DNA of 64,000 nucleotides from Ginglymostoma cirratum. Its lineage: Eukaryota. The translations under genes were made by a program, and so were the position numbers. The DNA is taken from NCBI GenBank assembly GCA_024137785.1, contig JAHRHZ010000002.1, positions 4,927,258-4,991,257 of the forward strand. Reading direction: 5' to 3'. Under the pieces are notes generated by a model, which saw nothing but the letters and a program-made list of their open reading frames with translations, did not search any database and was not told the DNA's origin. Positions 12,475 to 23,789 of this stretch are shown here, in pieces; position 1 is the stretch's first letter; each line of letters begins with the position of its first letter.

Positions 12475-13249
12475 GGAAGATTGCTGTATGTGTGAGGACT
12501 ACACCCACAGGCTGAATTTTACCCTCCTCCCTCCCTGCCAGAATGTTTGTAGACACTGGGCTCCTGTCCCTCTCAATATATAAACAAGGAGTAGGAGTAT
12601 GCCATTCAACCCTTTGACCTCTTGACTATTCTTTCATTTTGCAGGGGAAGGTGGAAGGATCAGGCAGCCAACTTGCCATTGAGCCCATTGAGGACCTCAA
12701 AAGATCAATTAATGGTCTAATTTACTCATGGCGGGGCAGTACCAGCCCCAGCTCCCTTTCTTGGGTGTCCCAATGTCTGGCAAGACAGGGAAAACCTCCT
12801 TTTGTGATCCCTTGTGTCTACTGGAGGCATTTCCCACAACGCCATACAGCTCCCCACTTTTAATCAACCATCCCCATACTGATAATTAGTCTTTCAAACC
12901 TAGTCTCCCACCCCACTTAGCTGGGGTCTGCCAACAAGGGCCCACCAATAACCCAGATTATCTTGAATTCTAGCCTACCTTCTTTGGTAGCTGCCTGTCG
13001 CAACCTGAACCTGGTACTGAGACCACAGAGCTGTTGGTCAATCAGATGGTAACAAAAGACTCGCTTGATCCAATTAATGTAAAACAGATGCAGGACATCT
13101 AAGTTTTGGTGGACAGTTATCCAACCAATGTTTACATTTTAATCATGGGACAGAATATGGTGCCATATTAAATTCAGCAAGTTAAATCTTTCTTGGAGAC
13201 TGACACATTGTGAAATTTTCCAAAACACTGTTGGCCAGGTCCTCACTCA

Positions 13250-14750
13250 TCCAAGCAGCTGCTCTTAGTCTGGCAGCACCTCACTTTTAAAAGTTTCATC
13301 TTCATTCTCAAATCCATCTGTGGTTTTGTTCTTCCCTATCTATGTAAGCACCGCCAGCGCTACAGCCCTCCAAGATCTCTGTAGTCTTCCAATTTTCTTC
13401 TGAGCATTTCCCACTGTTTAACCATTGTTCAAAGATACGCCTGAGATATTAAACAGAACATGTACTATCAAGTCCTTTGGAACTTGCAAATATTGCTTTG
13501 AGTTATTCTTCAGCTTTTGGAGTTCAGGTTGCAAATATTCACAAAAAGAAACAAGAACAAGCAGTCAGTTTGAATTTCAATGTACACCCAGAGTATTGGT
13601 GCTGTGTTTTTAACCTCACATCTCATAAGGCAATATTTCCAGAACAGCAGACTATGTACTTGATGCATTTTAAATGACTAAATGAGTTGACAGAAGTGTT
13701 CGAGAGAAATGATTCCTCTGGTGGTGGAGTCCAGAACAAGGGGCAGAGCATTAAAATTACAGCATGGCTGTTGAATGGATCATTCAATAAACACTTCGTC
13801 ACAAAAAGGAAATCTCGACCTCCCACCCATAAAAAAAAAACCTGTGCTATGGCCAATTGAAAATTTCAAAATTGAGATTGCTAGAGTAATTGTTAGGCAA
13901 GGGGGTTACATAGTCAAGGCAGGTCGATAATGCTAGGACACAGATCAGCCATGATCTAACTGAATGATGTAACAGGCTCACAGGACTACTTCAGTTCCTA
14001 CGATCCTTTAATTTTTCTCAATTGCCCTCTCCACTCTCAACTCCAACAACAATTAGTTGGTACTACCCTCTTCAACCTCCAACTGAGTTTCTGACCCCAT
14101 ATCCTTTCCACCACAAATATCACCTACTACTCTCTCCGTAATATTCCAACCCTCCCTACAATAGTCCACTTTCTGTTGAAATATTCATCCATGTTTTTGT
14201 TGCTTCTGGACTAGACTGAATCATGCCAATGCCCTCCTGTCCATCTTTCCAGGATCCACCCTCCATAAATATCATCTTAGCTAAAACTGTCCTCTCAATC
14301 ATCTATCAATCCTGTGCTCGCTCACCTACACCAGTTCTCAATCCCTCAGTGCCTCCAATTTAAAATTCTCATTATCAAGACAAATTACTCTATGGCCTTT
14401 CACTCTCCATCTCCTTGTCACTTGCAGTCCCGCCTCCCTCCAATATTGGCATGGGATTTCCTCCAAAATGGCCTTTTGTACATACCCAGTCAACTCCCTT
14501 TATTCAGCTATTGACAACCATGCCATGCAGGTTCCATGCTTTACAATTCCCTGTTTAAATCTCACAGTATATTTACATTTGTCATCTCCTTTAGGACCTT
14601 CCTTAAATCCTATCTCTGATATATTTTTGATCATTTCCTCCTAACATCTCCTTCTCTGTCTCAGTTTTAATTTTTGTCAGGTTACATCTGTAGGAAACAC
14701 TTTGGGATGTTTTATTACTTTAAAGCACTCTAATAAATGCAACTGGTGTC
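13250..14750 (+). mobile_element. Cluster of old L2 and CR1 3' fragments
   Basis: CR1-like 3' end ~13650-14000 (GAGTCCAGAACAAGGGG...CAGATCAGCCATGATCT). L2-like segments 13250-13430 and 14050-14750 (PVLAHLH..IPQCLQFKIL). Confidence 0.55.
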
Positions 14751-14914
14751 CTTTCACATTCCCTTCAGTCCTCAAGGTATGACTGGAAGTCAAACTGCTG
14801 ACATTGACCAGCCTCTAGTGCTCTGGTCAAATTGGCCATTCAGCATGTGGAGAGACAGACAGTGAATGTTGTGAGACAATGGAGACTGTCACAACCGACA
14901 CATCCTGCCCACAA

Positions 14915-15122
14915 TAAAAACTGTAAGAACTGTGGATGCTGTAAATCAGGAACAAAAACAAAGTTGCTGGAAAAGCCCAGCAGGTCTGGCAGCATATGTG
15001 AAGGAAAAAACAGAGTTAACGTTTCAGGTCCGGTGACCCTTCCTCAGAACTGATGGTGGCTGGGAAAACGTCAGTTTATATGTATATAGATGTCCTACAT
15101 ATAAACTGATGTTTTCCCAGCC
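14915..15122 (-). mobile_element. Penelope-like terminal fragment (subfamily B) with fold-back end
   Basis: Same sequence as the PLE terminus at 61772-61945. 27-bp inverted repeat 15058-15084 / 15096-15122. Confidence 0.85.
15015..15050 (-). ncRNA. Minimal type I hammerhead ribozyme motif
   Basis: Minus strand GTT-CTGAGGA-A-GGGTC ACCG GACCT-GAAA-CGTT-AAC (stem I GTT/AAC, stem II with G.U pair). Confidence 0.75.
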
Positions 15123-17558
15123 TGACTTTCCAGATGGTCTTGCTGGTGAGGAATGGGATTCTGGGCTGATTCTCCCCCTGCACAAACCAGAGACACTGAG
15201 GCTAACTGAAGTACCTCCATTGCCACCTGAAGAATGGCTTCTCCGCCAGGAGCTTGTGCTAGTAGATCAGAAGCTGAAGCCTTTCCAACCACAGAGTAAT
15301 TGATTGACTTTTTGGTCAGAATGAGAGTCGGTGAGTGAGTTGTACCTGACGCTGCACTGAAAGGATGCTGAGTTTACATAGGAGCTTCAATACGTATAGT
15401 GATCAGATCAAAGATTAAATTGACCTTGAAATTATTGGATTGATGATGGGAGAGATAGTGATTTGGAACAATACTCCTGTGTAAACATAACACAGATAAC
15501 TCTCAGTGTAACCGACGCTGTCAACCTGGCTCCAAGTTCGTATGGAAAAATCAGTCTGTGGTGAGATGGAAAGAGTGAGCAACCAACAGAATGTTAGGTT
15601 TTGTCTCCTGTTTAGGTTCACTGATGTTCCAGATCTGAAAACTGAGTGAAGGCTTTATCATGGAACTCAAACCAATAGTGTTTCCTGTGTTGATGCACTG
15701 CAAAAACCTGTCCATCTTAGGCATTATAACACTAATTCTGAGAGTCTTCATTCACTTAATTTATCCTTTTAAGACTTTGACATTGCAGATAATGAGATAA
15801 TCTATCGTTTCATAAATTCAGAAAATATTTATTCAGTATAAAGGGTAATAGTTAAAGTTAGACTGTGACTTTAGTGGCTTAGCATAGGCCTTGCCCCTTG
15901 ATTAAGCCTTGGGAGTCAGTTGAAATGTTTCTCCCTCATGTCATTACATCTCCTGTTCAAAGCTGTGTACAATTTCCAGTCTGTATGAGTTCTCAACTTC
16001 AATCTCTGCATCTTTACAACAGAAAGCCACTGGCTTTTAATGCATTGCCTGATGATTATTAAGACTGGTGTTCCTGGTCCATGGTTCAAACAGTGTGTGA
16101 CCAGTCTCTGATCGGGTCAGGCAGTGTTTGATCAGTCTCTGATACATTTATGAAGGGTGGCAGCCACTACTGCTGTCGCTGCCTGTTAAGTGCTGACTAT
16201 TTCCCTCAGATGCCAGTCACTTATTAAGTTGTCCCTCTCGTTACAATGCATTTATTCTTTAATTCAATCTTTCTACCCAAATAACGAGACATCTTATGAT
16301 CGTCTCCTTGAACATTTTTTGTGATAAGGGGGAGCTGGTGATTTCTGGTGCTAATCATAGACTCGAGGCTCATTGTCCTCGAATGTTTAATTGATGCAAA
16401 AGTCTCAATCCTGCAGATCCTTTACAATTCTCATTGAGACAAGCTTTTAATAGAGTTCTGGCCTAAAGTACTGTTTCACTGATGTAGAGTTCAACGGCAA
16501 CTGATACTACTTGACACGGTTTAATTAAATTTAGCAAAAAGTTACAAAAACATACACAGCTTTTAGACTCATAGAAAAGCCACCAACTTAGTTCATACAT
16601 AAAATTTACACATAGCATGCAGAAGTCAGTGCAGAGTTACAGAGTGTAAGGATGTCAGAAGATTCACTGACAAAAACTGCTACATGTTTATAAGTAATTA
16701 GAGCAAAAATTGCACACTGCTAATTAAGAAAATACTTAATTTGTAAGCTTCCAGAACCACAGCTATTATAATAAATTGAAGGAAAGTAAGTGTTTTTCTT
16801 TTAGGCATTGCAAGTTAATGCTACATTAAAAGACTGATCTAATTCAGGATGCAGAACTGAAAACTTCGAAATCCACAGCTGCTTTCTCACACAAAGGGAC
16901 ACTTTCAACATCCCCCTGCATCTTGGATATGACTGATAAATGATCACTGCTGAGAGGTTAACGGCTGCAGACTGTGGTCCATTCAACGTTGATTGAGTTC
17001 ACAGCAACGGCTATACCAATAAATTAAAATGCATAAGTCATAGCATTGCACATAGGTTTAGTTTATGTAGGAGATTTCACTTGTCAGGTTACAGTTGCAT
17101 CTTCACAGACAACAGGTGCAGTGATCATGGAAATAGTGACGCTGATTACAATCAAAACATATAGAACATTAGGTTGACTCAAGTACGTTGATTACTTGAT
17201 CATTACATGTAATGAGACTGCAGACTAATTATTAAACATGATTTTTCTTACAACACTTTCCTGTGTCAAAGTCTAGTAAGACTTGAATGATTTTTCATTG
17301 GTGTGGATTAACTGGTGCTTTGTCAGATCGAAGAAGTGGGTGAATACTGTCTCACAAACATTGCACATCAGGAAGGTTAAAAACAAAGGTCTTATTGCAA
17401 ACCTCATACTTATAGAGTTACTCCCATGTAGATTCTGTGATGGAGCATGAGATATGATGATTCTATAAAGTTTTGTAGTATGTCTTACAAGTGAACAGTT
17501 TCCACTTGTGTGAATATGTTCCTGTGCACAAAGATACCAATGGCTCAGAGGACACAAC

Positions 17559-18590
17559 TCACATAGGAATAGTTTCTCCTGTATGATTGCGCTGATGACT
17601 GACCAGTGCCAATGATTGTGTAAAACCCTCATTACATACCTCACAGACAAATAACTTCTCTCCAGTGTGAACACGTCGATGATTCACAAGTGTTGATGAC
17701 CGTGCAAAGGCTTGGTTGCATATCTCACACCTGAATGGCTTCTCCCCAGTGTGAATGCGTCGGTGATTCACAAGTGTTGCTGATCGTGTGAAAGCTTGGT
17801 CACACAGATCACACTTGAAGGGTTTCTGCCCAGTGTGAATCCTCTGATGCATCAGGAGTTCAGAGGATTGGGTGAAAGCCATCTCACAAACCTCACATGT
17901 GAATGGTTTCTCCCCAGTGTGCATGCGTCGGTGTCTCACAAGTGTTGCTGAACGTGTGAAAGCCTTGTCACACATCTCACACTTGAAGGGTTTCTCCCCT
18001 GTGTGGACCCTCTGGTGCCTCAGGAGATCAGAGGATTGCGTGAAAGCCATGTCACATTCCTCACACTTGAAGGGTTTCTCTGCTGTGTGGTTCCTCTGGT
18101 GCATCAGGAATGATGTTGAGCTGGTGAAGGCTTTGTCGCAGACCTCACACTTAAATGGCCTCTCCCCTGTGTGAATGCGCTGGTGTTTTCGGAAGGAAGA
18201 TGAATGTGAGAATGATTTGTTGCAGACTTCACATGTGAATGGCTTCTCCCCTGTGTGAATGCGTCTGTGGTACAATAGGGTTGATGCCTGTGCAAAACCC
18301 TCGCTGCACACCTCACACTTGAATGGCTTCTCCCCAGTGTGAATGCGTCGATGATTCACAAGTGTTGATGATAGTGTGAAGGCCTGGTCGCACACCTCAC
18401 ACTTGAATGGTTTCTCTCCGGTGTGGATCCTCTGATGTTTCAGGAGATCGCAGGATCGGGGAAATGCTTTCTGACAGACCTCACAAATGAACAACTTCTC
18501 CCCAAGGTGAGTGCTTTGATGATCTATGAGTGTTGATAACTGTGTGAAGTCTTGGTCACATACCTCTTGCTTGAATTGTTTCTCTTCCAT
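17559..18590 (-). CDS. C2H2 (Kruppel-type) tandem zinc-finger protein, 343 aa, 11 intact fingers plus 1 degenerate N-terminal finger; no KRAB/SCAN/BTB seen
   Basis: Repeated CxxC-x12-HxxxH with TGEKPF-type linkers in a continuous ORF. Upstream splice acceptor TTTTCTGTCTTGCAG (AG at 18935-18934). Confidence 0.93.
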   Translation of the reverse strand: MEEKQFKQEVCDQDFTQLSTLIDHQSTHLGEKLFICEVCQKAFPRSCDLLKHQRIHTGEKPFKCEVCDQAFTLSSTLVNHRRIHTGEKPFKCEVCSEGFAQASTLLYHRRIHTGEKPFTCEVCNKSFSHSSSFRKHQRIHTGERPFKCEVCDKAFTSSTSFLMHQRNHTAEKPFKCEECDMAFTQSSDLLRHQRVHTGEKPFKCEMCDKAFTRSATLVRHRRMHTGEKPFTCEVCEMAFTQSSELLMHQRIHTGQKPFKCDLCDQAFTRSATLVNHRRIHTGEKPFRCEICNQAFARSSTLVNHRRVHTGEKLFVCEVCNEGFTQSLALVSHQRNHTGETIPM

Positions 18591-19544
18591 CTGGCTGTCC
18601 TTGTGTTATTCAGGGATCTAATGAGCTTGGCACTTGAATTGCCTCTCAACTGATTCTTTCATGAGTCAGTAGTTCATGAATTTCGATGAATGATCGAAGC
18701 TCTCACCACACTAGGAATCACTACACTTCTTCCCAGTATCACCCTGACCGATCACCCACAGCTGACCGATTTCCAGATGATGGTTTCACTGCCCAACCTT
18801 CTCTGTGTCGGTCACTGCTGTGAAGGGACCGGATATCTTCCCACCGTTGTACAGTTGTTTGTTGGCGATAGTAAGGATCTATCTGTGGTGTCTGTCCTTT
18901 GTGTATTCTCTTGTGTAGTATGGTGTAATCCTTCTGCAAGACAGAAAAACAAAACATGATTTCCTCCAATGTTCTCTTCTGTACTGGCTCCTCAGTTAGA
19001 GACTGTTCCATATTAAGTGCTAGTCTGATGTTCCCCTGTGTGGAGGAAATCACATACAATGCCTTTCTTCTTCCTCACTTGACTGTCAGACATCTTTTAA
19101 TGTTAGATTTTTATTCTATAATACATGCCGATAAAATTTACAATCAGCGTTTTTCACCATCTCAGTATTGTTACAGCAAATAATATTTTTAACTATAAAT
19201 CTGTGAAAAAAACCTTTTTTTAAGATCTGGATCTACATCTTTGTCAAAGGCAAATCCGTGCTTTCTTGGTCCATGTCCTGTGCTTAAATCTGTTAATTTG
19301 TTCCTGAGATATAAACAATAGCAAAATCAGTACTTCTACCCAGCTTCAGTGGTGGAGGTAACTGGCAGAAAAAGGAAGAATCTGGCACTAAACCTTGGTA
19401 GTAATTATACAATTTTACCCTCAAAATGAAATACAATATGGTCCTCAGGGAGCACGGGAATATCCACTCGCGCTGGGTGAGGCTTAACTCCTGGAGTCTT
19501 AAATTGAAAATGTGCCTATCACCATCAAAATTGCTACATGTGTA

Positions 19545-20412
19545 AATGCCACATGACACAAAAATTGGTGGTACAGTGGATAGTGAAAAAGGTTATCTGA
19601 GAGTACAATGGGATCTTGATCAACTTGGCCAGCGGCCGAAGGATTGGCAGATCAAGTTTAATTTAAATAAATGCAAGGAGCTGTATTTTGGTAAGACAAA
19701 CCAAGTTAATGGCAGGGCCTTGGGGAGTGTTGTGGAACAAGAGCTGGTACATAGTTCCTTGAGACTGGTGTCACAGGTAGTCAAGGTAGTGAAGATTTTT
19801 GGCATGCTTGCCTTCATTAGTCAGAAGATTGAGTGCAGGAGTTGGCATGTTGTATTACAGCTGTACAAAACATTGGTAAGGCCAAATTTGGGGTACTGCA
19901 TACAGTTCTGGTCACAATGATATAGGAAAGATGTTATTAAACTTGAAAGAGTGCAAAGAAGATTTACAAGGATGTTAATGAGACTGGAGGGTTTGAGTTA
20001 TAAGGAGAGGCTGGATATGCTGGGACTTTTTTTGTCCTGGAATGTAGGAGGCTGAGGGGTGGCCTTATAGAGGTTTATAAAATCATGATAGGCACAAATA
20101 AGGTGAATAGCCAAGGCATTTCCCCAGGGTAGGGGAGTCCAGAACTAGAGGGTATTGGTTTAAGGTTAAAGGAAAAAGTTTAAAAGGGACCTGAGGAGCA
20201 ACTTTTTCACACAGAGGGTGGTGTGTATATGGAAGTGGTAGAAGCGAGTACAATTACAACATTTAAAAGACCTTTGGACAAGGACTGCAAAGGTTTAGAA
20301 AGTTAGCAGGCCAAATGCAGGCAAATGGGACTTGTTCAGTTTAGGAAATCTGTTCAGCATGGACAAGTTGGTCTGAAAGGTCTGTTTCCGTGCTGTATGT
20401 CTCCATGACTCT
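19545..20412 (+). mobile_element. CR1 LINE 3' fragment
   Basis: DTKIGG.VDSE..YLR.Q.DLDQL, LYKTLVRP.L.YCIQFWS. Tail CTGTATGTCTCCATGACTCTAT. Confidence 0.9.
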
Positions 20413-20449
20413 ATCACAGCCACATCTTTCAGACAGTATGATACTATCC

Positions 20450-20880
20450 AAAGTTTTTCCTAAATCTGCTGCCTGTTTCCTGACTCATATCTAGTATGAT
20501 TCACTCATACCCTCATGCTCGCTGATTTGTACTTACTCTTGGTCCAGCAATGCCTTGCTTTTAAAATTCACATTCTTGTTTTCAAATCCCTTTCATGGCT
20601 TCACTCCGCCTAACTTTGTAATTTTTTGTAACTCTAGAACATCTTGAGATCTCTATACTCTTTAATTTTGGCTTCTTAAACATTTCCCATTTCAAATCAT
20701 TTCATTATTGTTGGTTGTGTCTTCAACTGCCATGGCCTTAATCTCTGGAATTCCTTTCCCAAAACCTTCCACCTCACCTTCCTCCAAGACCCTCCCATCA
20801 AATAACCTCATTTCCCAATTTCTTTTTGCTAATCTGTGAAAATATTATTCTTATGTGAGCCAATGTCAGTGTTTGGTTGA
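20450..20880 (+). mobile_element. Old L2 fragment
   Basis: TTTAAAATTC..ATTCTTGTTTTCAAATCCCT...CCTTAATCTCTGGAATTCC, an L2 3' signature. Confidence 0.55.
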
Positions 20881-21060
20881 TGACAGGCTCCTGGTTGATT
20901 ACAAAAAGATTAATGGAGCTTTATGGAGCTCACTGTCACATTATCTTGAAGTCTAGATTGAGAGATCCCAGAAGCCTTTGTGCTGAAGTTAGGTTTTTGA
21001 CTAAGAGCTTTCTGCTTGATTAAAACCACTTGTTGTGTCACCAACATTAAGCTTGGACTC

Positions 21061-21190
21061 GAGATAGTAGGAACTGCAGATGCTGGAGAATCTGAGATAA
21101 CAAGGTGTAGAGCTGGATGAACACAGCAGGCCAAGCAGCATCAGAGGAGCAGGAAGGCTGACATTTCAGGCCTAGACCCTTCTTCAGAAA
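21061..21190 (-). mobile_element. Short Penelope-like terminal unit with hammerhead variant (21160-21187)
   Basis: Minus strand TTT-CTGAAGA-A-GGGTCTAGGCCT-GAAATGTC followed by the PLE tail. Confidence 0.85.
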
Positions 21191-21419
21191 TCAGAAATTT
21201 CGCAAACTTTTTCTCTCTTAATCTTGGACTCATTATTTTTCCACACTGAACTGTTAAACAATACATGTAAAGATCAAATCTCCACAATCAAGGACTTGCA
21301 AAACTTGCTTTGAATTTTCATTTAATTAATGTTGATTTGATGGGAACTCAGTTTATAGATATTCATATACCCAAACAAGAACTTCAGACCTCAATGTCCC
21401 CCATATTCTACCAGGAACA

Positions 21420-21720
21420 ACAACAACTTGGATTTCTATAGCACCTTTATCATTGTAAAATATCATCAAATGCTTCAAATTACGTTGTCAGACTATGTTT
21501 GACAGCAAGCAACATAAGGCGATTATGAGGAAAGATTGTCAAAAGCTTGGTCAGGGAGGGACGTTTGAAGAAACATCTTAAAGAAGTGCAGAGAGGTGTG
21601 GACGTTTAGTGAGGGTATTTCAGATCTTAGGGCCTAGGAGGCTGAAGGCACTGTCATCAATAGTGAGTAAAATTGCAGGGGAGCAGAGATCTTAAAGGGT
21701 TGTAGAACTGTGTTGATTGT
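21420..21720 (-). mobile_element. L2 3' fragment
   Basis: Similar to 5790-6030 (GAGGGTATTTCAGATCTTAGGGCCTAGG..GCTGAAGGC). Confidence 0.55.
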
Positions 21721-21729
21721 TCACCTTTG

Positions 21730-22085
21730 CTCAACAGGTAATACTTTCACCTCTGAGTCAGCAAGTTGTGTCTTCAAGGTCCTCTCCAGGATGTGACTAT
21801 ACAGGGTGACAATACAATGCATCACTAAGGAAGTACTGAACTGTCCCAGGTCCCACTTTTTAGGTGAAATGTTAAACCAAGGCCCTTTCTGCTCTAAGTA
21901 ACGTGAGAGTATTCTCACAACTTTGAAGAAGAATCGGGAAATTAATCATGGTCTGCAGGCTGACATTAATCCCTTGATCAACATCCCCAAAAAGCAGTGG
22001 TTTGTGGGAGCTTGCTGTGCACATTGTGGCTGCTGCATTTGATACATTATAACAGGGACTGCATGCCAAAAGTACTTCCAATACA
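21730..22085 (+). mobile_element. SacSINE1/Deu-type SINE
   Basis: Similar to 6040-6465. Confidence 0.6.
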
Positions 22086-22349
22086 GGACCCTGAAGAACT
22101 ACCTCGTGCAGAAAGCTAAACAGAGTACTGGGAAGTGGATCGGTGCATAAACCACAATCCCTTTTACTCACTTGCTGTCACATGGTATGTTTAAAAGTTT
22201 AGTCTGAATGTGTCAGGAAGCTTTGTGCAGTCGAGAAGGAGAGATCACATCCAGAGTGATTACACAGTTTGGGGAATTTAGTGCAGAGGTGAATGAGGTG
22301 CTTTTTGTTTACCATTTTTGGCTTATATGGGGGGGTGGGGTGTTATAAT

Positions 22350-23550
22350 ACATATTCCGGCAATGCGATTTGGCTATAATGTGATTGATGAATAGGGGAA
22401 TGCTGTTTCTAAAACGTTGAGTTGGCTGTAACGTAATTCCATCAACCACGCATCGACATCACAGGCTTTGTCAGAGGAAATTTTTTTTTTGATCATTGCA
22501 GATGGTGTAAATGTTCACAGTAAGTCATAATGAGCTCATTTGAAAAAAGTAATTGGATTGTATGCCATGAACCTCAAATATATCATAGAGAGAACAACTG
22601 CCTTATTAGAAAAATACGTGGAGTCTTATGTTAAAGAGTTATGCTGAACACATTAACTGCATCAGCATTATTTAAATGCTAAATTAATGGTATAAGTAAA
22701 AAATGAAATATAGTTTAAAATAATGAGTGCTGTTAAAGTATGCACCTTCGTGTGTAGTATTTTTGCCCAGATTTTGTTACATTTATAAGAACTTTTGAAC
22801 TTGCTTGTGTAAATCATTTATGTCAAAAGTTGTCTATGTTATGACCTGCTCTTTTCCAGCACTATTTTGAATACAATGTTACTCAGGTTTACAATGCATT
22901 TTAATCCTGCAACTAACTTCAATGCCAATGGGCTACATAGGAAAGGAAGGTCAGATTCCGTTGCTTCACCTATTTGAAAATCTATCCAGAAGTCTGTGCC
23001 AATGGAGTATCAGGTCAGATCTGCATTTAAATAGAGGAGGGAATGTTACTAAAAATTGCCAACGTATCAATTTCAGGGAAGTTTCATGGAGGGTTGCTGG
23101 CTGTGACCTCTATCTTACACAACTTTGCATTGCTCACCTCTTTTGAATCATGCTCGCACTATCATGCATTCACCAGAGACAGTACTGACCACTGCTGTCA
23201 TTTCCAGTGACAGAACTCTATCTAAAGCCCAGCTGTCACTTCATTGCAAATACAATGTCAGATTCGTGAATGTATCGCCTCTTTGCAGCATCACCTGTCT
23301 GATAAACTGTAATTATAACTGTAGTTATAAGAATGAAGCTACATAGGTGAGGAAGAATATTGGAAAATATAATTGTTATGTGTCCTTTGTGTAATACTTC
23401 TGAGTGACTTTTAAGTGATTTTGAGTGATATTTCTTGGTGGTCTGCCCCTGATCCTGCTTTTCCCATAGGCCCCGTTATTTCTATAGTGCGATTTCCTAT
23501 AATGTGATGTTGCACTGGAACACAACTATTGCGATATAGCAGAACCCCTG
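22350..23550 (-). mobile_element. Possible decayed Tigger/pogo DNA transposon
   Basis: Related GCGATT..CTATAATGTGAT motifs at both ends. Minus-strand LDRFSNR (~22970-22990) resembles the CENP-B-like HTH motif WLDRFKxR. Highly degenerate. Confidence 0.35.
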
Positions 23551-23789
23551 GACTTTGTAAGGTTTTTTTGACAGGATAAACTGAAGCCCAAAATCAGAGG
23601 CCCAGAACAAAAGAATGACATTACGGGTAAACAATAAGTTCATTGGTTGGTGATAGTCAAATTAATAGCTATCTCTTATAGATTACTTTCAGACAGAAGG
23701 TCAATAGGGGGAAATATTTACAGGTTAGAAATTAAAAGACCAGTACAAAATTTGAATAATCAAATTAAGAACTAAGTAATTAAAATAGA

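Noticed and set aside
15900-16700. Possible LTR-like or regulatory segment
   Set aside because: No second copy or diagnostic termini within the window.
17872-18316. Antisense and alternate-frame ORFs over the ZNF array
   Set aside because: Typical shadow ORFs of C2H2 repeats.
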